This document shows positions 1 to 6,749 of a DNA stretch of 37,449 nucleotides, in pieces. Numbering within the stretch: the stretch's first letter is position 1; each line of letters begins with the position of its first letter. The translations under genes were made by a program, and so were the position numbers. Source of the DNA: an uncultured Phycisphaerales bacterium (lineage in GTDB: Bacteria > Planctomycetota > Phycisphaerae > UBA1845 > CAIVHJ01); assembly GCA_903905665.1 (NCBI GenBank), contig CAIVHJ010000381.1:1-37449 (forward strand). Direction: 5' to 3'. Below the pieces are notes generated by a model. The model made no database searches and was not told the origin of the DNA. It saw only the letters and a program-made list of their open reading frames with translations.

Positions 1-1766
1 ACATTTGGGTAAACGTAGTCAAAAACATCCATATCGGTGCGCATTTGTCGGTAGAACGAGGTGTGATCCCGATCAACAATGACGTAATCTGCGCCGAAGT
101 AATCACGGATATCTCTTAGATTGACATTAACGGTCACCATCTTTGGAGCCGGTGGGCGATGGTCTTTGACGATTGAAGACGTCGGCGATCTTCCCTGGGT
201 GATGACGCAGTAGCGTTCCCAGAGAATCGGGTCCAGCGTGTTGGAGAACTGAGGATCCAAACCGCAGACATAAGTGTTGTGGTCGTTGTAGTAGAAGTAG
301 TAAGGGAATACGTCCCAATCGTCTGCGAAAACGAGTGAGTCTTTGGGTGTTTGATCGTGGAGATAGTCCATGGCGGAGCGAATGTTCGGGATGTCGAAGT
401 CGCAGGTGGCCATTTTTTTGGAGTGGTAAAGAGTGATGGCGCCGGAGAGGCAGGCGACGAGGCAGGCGAACACATAACACCTTGTCGCCCAATGCGTTAT
501 GACTATTGCCGTGTCGGCCGTAGAGCTCGCGAGTCGGCATGAGAGTTGCCGGAGTCTGGAGTCGAAATTAGACCAGAGGGCGGCGGCGTTGAGGAGGCAG
601 AAGACGGGCCAGTACTCGATGAATCGGCGACTCTTCATGCAGAGAGCGAGGAAGCCGAGGTTGAGGAAGAAGAGGACGAGGTTGTTTGGTTCGAGGAGTC
701 TGGATTTCGTGAAGCGAAAGACGGCGCTGAGAGTGAAAATTGAGAGCGTAAATGCCGAAATTTCGAGCCAATAGTCGAGATTTATGGGGTTCCATTCGAC
801 GCCGACGCCGACTTTGCGAACATTGGAGAGTTGGAGGCCGGTATCAAAAATCTGGACTTTCAGGAATTCAAAGTTTTGGGGGAAATAGGGATGGGTGAAT
901 GTGGCGGCAAGCCATCCGATGAGGCTGAAACCGGCGATGCGCAAGACTTGGCGAGTAGGAACTCGCGCCAGCAAGTAGCCGACGACAACTGTGCCAATGA
1001 CGATCGGGAAGAAAACATAACAGCCGAGATAAATGTGGCCGGCGAGAAATCCAAACAAGATGAGCCAGCGAGGGCGATTCACCATGCAGAGATAAACAGA
1101 GAAAAGCAGAATTGCGAGGCAGGCGACCGGGGCGCGGATGTAGGACATTCGGAGATAAAAATCGGTGGGGAGGGCGAGAATGGCGAGAAGCCAGAAGAGG
1201 CGGAAACTGGCGTTTAGGTGCCTCAGAATGAGAGCAATGACGGTGGTCGAGAGGCCGAAGAGGATGACGTTGAGGAATTTTCCGGCGAGGAGGTCGGGAT
1301 AGTCAAGCCAGCCGCGAATCCATGTTCTGAATCCTTCGAGATGGGGGTTGGCGGAATCGAGTTCCATCTTGCTGGGTACGTACGACGCCCAGCGGTGAAG
1401 GGAATCGGGCATGAGGTGTGCGAGCCAAGTGGAAACCTCGACGACGGGCAGCAGGAGAATATGGAAACCCGTGTGGTGGCTGACGAAGTGGTCGTAGAGG
1501 ATGGTGTGTCGGAGCCACTTAAAGGTTTGGGGGAAGCCAAGTTCGGGCAGCATTTTCGTCATTTTGATGTGGTAGAACGAGTCTCGGTCGGAGGGTTCGT
1601 AGGAGCCGGATTGGACGTAGGCCATGGCGAGGCAGCCGAGCATGAAAGCGATCCAGAGTTCGTGATGGCGGAACCACTGGGTGGAAAAAGAAGTTGAAAG
1701 AGGGAGTTCGGGAGTTGAAACAGGTTTAGGGGTTGGGGGAGACGGATTCCGACGATTGCTTGCCAT
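1..1766 (-). CDS. Polytopic membrane protein, GT-C-like glycosyltransferase (STT3/ArnT-like); 3' end runs off the window
   Basis: Not in the ORF track because it has no stop in the window. Hand translation from ATG at 1766 gives MASNRRNPSPP...EPSDRDSFYHIKMTKMLPELGFP, then many hydrophobic segments, then ...KDSLVFADDWDVFPYYFYYN...DVFDYVYPNV at the window edge. The + strand ORFs here are shadows. Confidence 0.75.
   Translation of the reverse strand, partial: MASNRRNPSPPTPKPVSTPELPLSTSFSTQWFRHHELWIAFMLGCLAMAYVQSGSYEPSDRDSFYHIKMTKMLPELGFPQTFKWLRHTILYDHFVSHHTGFHILLLPVVEVSTWLAHLMPDSLHRWASYVPSKMELDSANPHLEGFRTWIRGWLDYPDLLAGKFLNVILFGLSTTVIALILRHLNASFRLFWLLAILALPTDFYLRMSYIRAPVACLAILLFSVYLCMVNRPRWLILFGFLAGHIYLGCYVFFPIVIGTVVVGYLLARVPTRQVLRIAGFSLIGWLAATFTHPYFPQNFEFLKVQIFDTGLQLSNVRKVGVGVEWNPINLDYWLEISAFTLSIFTLSAVFRFTKSRLLEPNNLVLFFLNLGFLALCMKSRRFIEYWPVFCLLNAAALWSNFDSRLRQLSCRLASSTADTAIVITHWATRCYVFACLVACLSGAITLYHSKKMATCDFDIPNIRSAMDYLHDQTPKDSLVFADDWDVFPYYFYYNDHNTYVCGLDPQFSNTLDPILWERYCVITQGRSPTSSIVKDHRPPAPKMVTVNVNLRDIRDYFGADYVIVDRDHTSFYRQMRTDMDVFDYVYPN
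1433..1600. repeat. 168-bp direct repeat, copy A (inside the GT-C gene)
   Basis: Ungapped alignment to 5360-5527 (offset 3927) with 14 mismatches counted by hand. Confidence 0.95.
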
Positions 1767-1814
1767 GGGGACAGTTTGCCACAAAAACAATCGGAATGGA
1801 AGAGGAAAGATTTA

Positions 1815-1897
1815 ACCACAGAGAGCACAGAGGACGCAGAGAAATTGAAAATTAAAATTGAAGAATTGAAAATGGGGAATTACGAACTGCGAATCGA
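1815..1897. repeat. ACCACAGAGAGCACAGAGGACGCAGAG motif followed by a degenerate heptamer tandem array
   Basis: Period-7 units at 1842-1897: aaattga aaattaa aattgaa gaattga aaatggg gaattac gaactgc gaatcga. They are preceded by period-9 (c)acagag units. Confidence 0.6.
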
Positions 1898-1953
1898 GAA
1901 ATTAAGAAGAGGGGAAGGAACTCCACAAAAAGGCCGAGACACGACGGAAGTGG

Positions 1954-1982
1954 TTGTCTCATAGCAAGTCGCCTCGTATACT
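1954..1982 (+). promoter_or_regulatory. sigma70-type promoter of the islet operon
   Basis: TTGTCT (1954-1959), 17-bp spacer, TATACT (1977-1982), upstream of the ParB gene. Confidence 0.6.
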
Positions 1983-2056
1983 CTCGTCCAAGGCGCGATT
2001 GAAAACGGTACTGCCAGTTCCAGAACCAGAGCACTATGACTGAAAGGGGGCTGGGT

Positions 2057-2878
2057 ATGACAGATGAACAGGTCTACGAACTGAAGATTAGCGACATCGA
2101 GATTTCTGATGAGAACGTTCGGAGCAAGGTCGCGGTTGACGATGAACTCAAAGAACTAGCGGAAAGCATCAAACTTCTCAACCAACTTCAGCCGGTCGTG
2201 CTGCGAGGGGATCACGGGAAGCCACCCTATGAGCTCATCATTGGGCAGCGTCGCTTCACCGCCATGAAGAAAATACTTAATAAGAAGACAATCAAGGCAG
2301 TTTTTGCGGGTACGATGACTGATACCAACGCCAAAATTAGATCCTTGGTTGAGAATATGTGTCGGGCAGAACTAAGCTACGAGGATACTGCCGACGCCGT
2401 CACAGAATTGTATAAAGCGAATGGGCGGGATGACCGAAAGGTCGCCAAGGTCACAGGGTTAGCTTTGAGGCATGTGCGCCAATATATCTACATCAAGGAG
2501 CGAGCATCTGACGCGATGAAAAAGAAGATGAGAGATCGGAAAGTCACGCCGGCAGATGTTCACCGTGCACTCAAAGCCGCATCTGATGATGTGGCCAAAG
2601 CGGACGAGTTAGTAAACCTCATAGAGAAACACAAGCTCGACAGTCATCAGAAGAAGCGTCTCGTCGAGATTGGAGAGCAACATCCAAGGATGTCAGCGGA
2701 GGAGATATTCAAGAGAGCACAGCCACCCGCACTAGAGGAGAACCTCGTCGTACGGCTCCCGGAACGGATACGAAAGGCTTTGGTCACAGCCGCCGACGAG
2801 CTCGCAATGGCCCCAGACGAGTTAGCGGCCAAGGCGCTCGAAGAGTGGCTTTCTACGAAGGGTTTCATGTCTAAATGA
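2057..2878 (+). CDS. ParB/Spo0J-family protein (CTPase domain, HTH, RHH-like C-terminus)
   Basis: Motifs LKELAESIK..QLQPVVLR, YELIIGQRRFTA (GxRRxxA box) and ENMCRAELS. Start placed at ATG 2057 after AAAGGGGG; ATG 2036 is the alternative. Confidence 0.85.
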   Translation: MTDEQVYELKISDIEISDENVRSKVAVDDELKELAESIKLLNQLQPVVLRGDHGKPPYELIIGQRRFTAMKKILNKKTIKAVFAGTMTDTNAKIRSLVENMCRAELSYEDTADAVTELYKANGRDDRKVAKVTGLALRHVRQYIYIKERASDAMKKKMRDRKVTPADVHRALKAASDDVAKADELVNLIEKHKLDSHQKKRLVEIGEQHPRMSAEEIFKRAQPPALEENLVVRLPERIRKALVTAADELAMAPDELAAKALEEWLSTKGFMSK

Positions 2879-3564
2879 AGCAGGCATTTCCATCCCTAAG
2901 CCGCAAAGACGAAAGACGTCTTAACGAGGCGTTGGCCGCGTTGATTGCCAACACACGCAGAGGCAAGCGGAAGCTGACTCTCGTGGAGTTTGTCGAGTAT
3001 CTGCGGGTGGCTGAGAAATTGCTCGGAAACCTGCGTAAGGTGGCAGAGAGAATTAGCTTATCAGAGGAAATGGTTCGCCAATTTACCCGGGTCGAGAAGT
3101 TATCTCCTCCCGTCAGGAGGTTGGCGGCAAGTGGGGAACTGAGCAGCGTAGATATTGCCGATCGCCTAAGCCGACTTCCAACAGACGATCAGCTTATGGT
3201 CGCTCGAGGAATACTAGCGGGCAAACTCACACCATATGACCTGCGAGCAATCTTGGCCTTGCGCAAGACTACACCGCGGACCCCAATCAGAAAAATCATT
3301 GATAGGATAATAAGCTCCAGGAACATCAGGGTATATCTGGCTGAGTTTGTGGTACCTGAACCGCCAGTGCCTGATTCCATCATCATGGGGCGGATATCGC
3401 GCGCACTCGGGCGCGGACATGTGAAGCGAGTGGAAACATCTGGTAGATTCGGCCGAGTCGTCCTCGACGATGAGGGGAAAATAGCCCTCGAACAAAGTGC
3501 AAGGAAGGAGCGAATCACAAAATGGGAACTCCTTCATCGCCTGGTTCGCGGGGAGGTGCGCTAA
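2875..3564 (+). CDS. ParB/Spo0J-like HTH-domain protein lacking the N-terminal CTPase domain
   Basis: LTLVEFVEYL..NLRKVAERISLSEEMVRQFTRVEKLSPPVRRLAASGELS..IADRLSRL..DDQLMVA..I..GKLT follows the Spo0J central DNA-binding domain pattern. ATGA overlap with the upstream gene. Confidence 0.65.
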   Translation: MKQAFPSLSRKDERRLNEALAALIANTRRGKRKLTLVEFVEYLRVAEKLLGNLRKVAERISLSEEMVRQFTRVEKLSPPVRRLAASGELSSVDIADRLSRLPTDDQLMVARGILAGKLTPYDLRAILALRKTTPRTPIRKIIDRIISSRNIRVYLAEFVVPEPPVPDSIIMGRISRALGRGHVKRVETSGRFGRVVLDDEGKIALEQSARKERITKWELLHRLVRGEVR

Positions 3565-3565
3565 T

Positions 3566-4222
3566 ATGTCGGCGACTGTTGCAGCGAAGAAACGGACCGG
3601 CGTCGGGGCGATTCTCGAGATGGAAGAGTTCGAACGCTTGGCTGGGGAGCTGCGCCCTTGGCGCAAAAGCGACGATCTGGAAGTTATCGAGAAGGCGAAG
3701 GGTTCAGCGTTGGTGTTTCCGTTTGTGAAGGGATTACGCCTCTCCGCACGCCTCATCTACATCCTCCGAGCACATCTGTCAGAGACGAATCTGGAAGTGG
3801 ATTGGGGACAGCTTCTGAACGATCAAGGTGACTCTTGCTCACCGGAATGTGACATCATCATCCACCACAAAGGTTTCCATCGGGAATGGAATGACCACAA
3901 GAATCCGGTTATGCACTTCCGATTCATCAAAGGCGAAAAGGCCGTGGCAGTTGTCAGCTGCAAATCCTACGCGGACCGTGTGGATACTGGTTACGCCAAG
4001 AAACTGCATCACTACGTCAAGAACGTCTTACTATTCGCGGAATGCTGCGCTCCTGGACGGGTTAATTCTTTGCGCAAGAAGGCTAAGGCCGCCGGATACA
4101 CGGGCTTTTGGCATCTTTACACGTATGATGACAAATCAGGTTCCTGCATCAACGATCCCGATACTTGGACCGACTTTTTACGGACTGTCATATCCATCAC
4201 TAGGCGGGCGAAAGAGCGATGA
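3566..4222 (+). CDS. DUF6602-like PD-(D/E)xK restriction-endonuclease-fold protein
   Basis: GQLLNDQG..SPECDIIIH...EKAVAVVSCKS. Start ATG 3566 follows GGAGGTG, with a 1-nt gap after the upstream stop. Confidence 0.6.
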   Translation: MSATVAAKKRTGVGAILEMEEFERLAGELRPWRKSDDLEVIEKAKGSALVFPFVKGLRLSARLIYILRAHLSETNLEVDWGQLLNDQGDSCSPECDIIIHHKGFHREWNDHKNPVMHFRFIKGEKAVAVVSCKSYADRVDTGYAKKLHHYVKNVLLFAECCAPGRVNSLRKKAKAAGYTGFWHLYTYDDKSGSCINDPDTWTDFLRTVISITRRAKER

Positions 4223-5235
4223 GTAATACATACAACAACGACCGCAATAACGGCTCCCGAACCTTCGATGTTGCATGGGGTGAGGTCGCCTTGTTGATCA
4301 CGACTAAGAGACTGCGCGGGCTTACAGTAAAGTGCCCGGACTGTGGACGCAAAGGCCTGGCATTCTCTAAGTGGATTAAAGGGGTCACGCAGAAACCGCT
4401 CTATTTGTGCCATCAGGAGAGGACTGGATCACTCGGAACGTGCGAACTAGACGATCTACAGTCGAAGCAAGTCAAGAATTCAATTACCATTACTAGAGAC
4501 GATATTCGCAAGCTCTTGAGGATGGGAAGGTGTTTTGTCCTCTTCAGCGGGGGAAAAGACAGCCTTTGTTTGCTCGAATACATGCGAGGGCTTGCCGCTA
4601 CCGATGGTAGAGAAATAACGGCCATCCACGCGAACACCACCGCTGGGTTTCCCGAAGTGGAACAGTATGTCGAGCGGGTATGCAAGGACCTCGGAGTAGC
4701 GCTCCACACGGTTCATCCTGATCGAGATTTTTTCGAGACCGCCAAACGGTGGGGTATTCCAAGTCCTCGATCGCGATGGTGTTGTGAGACGCTTAAAGTG
4801 GCACCGATCAGAAGATTCCTGGCGGGCATAGAGGGCCCCAAACTCATCTTTGATGGAATTCGTGCTGCCGAGTCAAGTATGCGATCAACCTACACGCCTG
4901 TCTGGTATCATCCTGCATTTCGATGCATTAGCGTAAGCCCCATCTTCTACTGGTCTAATGAGAAAGTGCATGATTACATAGCAAAACACAACCTTCCACA
5001 AAGCCCAGCATCCAAGCTCAACATGTCTGCAGAGTGTTGGTGTGGTGCCTACCAGGACAGGGAAGACTTCGAGGCCCTTCTAAGCGTTCACCCGGAAATT
5101 TTCGAAAAGTTGGTGGCCGTCGAGAAGGCTCAGCGGGGTAAGTATACCTTCGTTTTCGAGAAGGGACAGCAAGTGCCGCTAGTGCAGATACGCAAGCAAG
5201 CCAACGTCTGCGCGAGGGCGCTGGGGCGTTCATAA
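4219..5235 (+). CDS. PAPS reductase / PP-loop family protein with an N-terminal Zn-finger-like domain
   Basis: FSGGKDS, RWCCETLKVAP, DGIRAAES..R, SPIFYWS..V..YI, ECWC; N-terminal CPDC...CH...C. ATGA overlap with the upstream gene; alternative TTG start at 4291/4294 after GGGGTGAGGT. Confidence 0.88.
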   Translation: MSNTYNNDRNNGSRTFDVAWGEVALLITTKRLRGLTVKCPDCGRKGLAFSKWIKGVTQKPLYLCHQERTGSLGTCELDDLQSKQVKNSITITRDDIRKLLRMGRCFVLFSGGKDSLCLLEYMRGLAATDGREITAIHANTTAGFPEVEQYVERVCKDLGVALHTVHPDRDFFETAKRWGIPSPRSRWCCETLKVAPIRRFLAGIEGPKLIFDGIRAAESSMRSTYTPVWYHPAFRCISVSPIFYWSNEKVHDYIAKHNLPQSPASKLNMSAECWCGAYQDREDFEALLSVHPEIFEKLVAVEKAQRGKYTFVFEKGQQVPLVQIRKQANVCARALGRS

Positions 5236-5359
5236 CCCGGCCTTGTATCCATCACCTACGTATCCATCAACTGGTACTGTACCTAGGCGTCCTGTACCAC
5301 CCAGTGCGAAGCCCGGAATCAACATACCCATAGTGCGGCGCTGGTATTCGGGGTTCGTA

Positions 5360-5527
5360 AAACTTCGACGACTGGCAGCAGGAGAATATGGAAACCTGTG
5401 TGGTGGCTGACGAAGTGATCGTAGAGGATCGTGTGGCGGAGCCACTTAAAGGTGTGGGGGAAGCCTAGTTCTGGCAGCATCTTGGTCATTTTGATGTGGT
5501 AAAACGAATCGCGGTCGGAGGGTTCGT
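5360..5527 (-). pseudogene. Fragment of the GT-C membrane gene (repeat copy B)
   Basis: Encodes EPSDRDSFYHIKMTKMLPELGFPHTFKWLRHTILYDHFVSHHTGFHILLLPVVEV, identical to the corresponding segment of the 1-1766 gene except Q to H. Similarity stops abruptly on both sides. Confidence 0.9.
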
Positions 5528-5534
5528 CGGGGGG

Positions 5535-5575
5535 AGGGGCCAGTTGCTCATGGTAAACACGGGCTGCTGGCCCCT
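5535..5575. terminator. GC-rich hairpin, possible terminator
   Basis: AGGGGCCAG (5535-5543) and CTGGCCCCT (5567-5575) are inverted repeats with further inner pairing; they lie downstream of the EF-hand gene. Confidence 0.45.
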
Positions 5576-5618
5576 TTAGTACTGTACGATCACCTCTCAA
5601 CCTTATGGGCCGACCGGG

Positions 5619-6182
5619 TCAGGCGAGCAAATTCAAAATGCCGTCGGACGTTTGTTGAGAGGCTTCAGCCTCTTTGTTGATATAAGCCAAGCGTTCAGCC
5701 AAGGACACGACGCCGTCGCCGTTGGTGTCCGCAGGATCAGTGGTCTGGGATGCGGAGCTTGAGGAGTCCTTCCCTTGCGATCCTGTAGCTCCCGCGGAAT
5801 TGCCCATAGGCTTGGCCATTCCGCCACCCATGGCTCCACCCATTCGTGGACCGCCCATCGGATGACCGGTGCCTTGCTTTTTGCTCAGCATCGCAGTGAA
5901 TTCATCCTTGGAGATTTTTCCATCACCGTCTGTGTCGAGTTTTTTGAAGATGTCGTCAGGTGAAGGCGCATTGGCGTTTTGGGCGCCCTGAGGTCGATGA
6001 GCCTGCATCTGCTCAGATATGTTCAGGAATTCGTCTTTGGAGATGGAGCCGTCACCGTTGGCATCGGCATTCTGAAACATCTTTTCCATCCGCTGTTGGC
6101 GCGTTGCGAGGGAGTTGACTTGGCTTGCCCAACAGGGGGGATCGCTGCCAGAAGTTCCCTGCAAAGAAATCGCATTAATCAT
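5619..6182 (-). CDS. EF-hand calcium-binding protein
   Basis: Three EF loops, DANGDGSISKDE, DTDGDGKISKDE and DTNGDGVVSLAE, joined by Gly/Ser/Met-rich linkers; upstream AAAGGGG. Confidence 0.85.
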   Translation of the reverse strand: MINAISLQGTSGSDPPCWASQVNSLATRQQRMEKMFQNADANGDGSISKDEFLNISEQMQAHRPQGAQNANAPSPDDIFKKLDTDGDGKISKDEFTAMLSKKQGTGHPMGGPRMGGAMGGGMAKPMGNSAGATGSQGKDSSSSASQTTDPADTNGDGVVSLAERLAYINKEAEASQQTSDGILNLLA

Positions 6183-6749
6183 GAACTGGCCCCTTTCTGA
6201 GACACAACATGAATATGGCCTAGCACTTCGACCAGGTTATAGTCAGGTATCGTCTTCTTATTCCCGGACCTTGATACCAGAACCCGACTTCTCCCAAGAC
6301 CGACCCGGAAATGTGATACAGACCTATTTATCGGACCACGGGGAAGTAATTTAATTCAGCAGTAGCGCAGGATTGATGTTCAATACATCCAGCGTGTGGA
6401 TGGAACGGCAGAAAGCCCGGTTGCGACGCTGGCCACTGTTTGGTGTGTCGAAATCAGAGCAGTTCATTGGGGGTTCAAAAAGCACACGAGTCGAGAGAAA
6501 GAACAAATGTCATTTGGGAATACAGACACAGGTAAATTTCAAAAGAAGCCACCCAGCATGCGGGGTGCCATACAAAAATCTACAGGTTCCGCCAAACGGC
6601 AAGCCGGGTCGGGGGATCAAAAAGGGAGCCAAGACGTTCGACTTCTGAAGGGGGATTCGGGTTGCGTGAGTCTTTCGGGTTTTCGGTTGGCGGCATAGAA
6701 TCCTGCTCGGATCAGGTCGTTTTCAAAACGTGGGACAAGGAGATTGCTG

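Larger units (their letters stand above)
1950..5360 (+). mobile_element. Putative horizontally acquired islet (no mobility gene)
   Basis: Codons rare elsewhere in the window (AGG/AGA, ATA, CTA, TTA) are frequent here, the operon is self-contained, and it lies between the two copies of the 168-bp repeat. Boundaries are approximate. Confidence 0.55.

Noticed and set aside
127-1697. Short ORFs on both strands in the ORF track
   Set aside because: They are shadows or alternative frames of the long minus-strand gene starting at 1766.
1842-1897. CRISPR array
   Set aside because: The units are 7 bp, degenerate and have no spacers; there are no cas genes.
2057-2878. Chromosome or plasmid partition locus
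   Set aside because: No parA or replication gene nearby, and no recognisable parS palindrome was noticed.
4219-5235. Annotation as cysH or dndC
   Set aside because: No cysDN/cysI or dndD/dndE neighbours, no terminal ECG(L/I)H motif, and an extra finger domain; only the family-level call is supported.
1433-5527. The 168-bp repeat pair as a DGR template/variable repeat
   Set aside because: Mismatches are not adenine-specific on either strand, are nearly all synonymous, and no reverse transcriptase is present.
6507-6698. 63-aa ORF ending in RLAA, resembling a tmRNA tag
   Set aside because: No tmRNA tRNA-like ends and no recognisable protein motif; coding status is unsupported.
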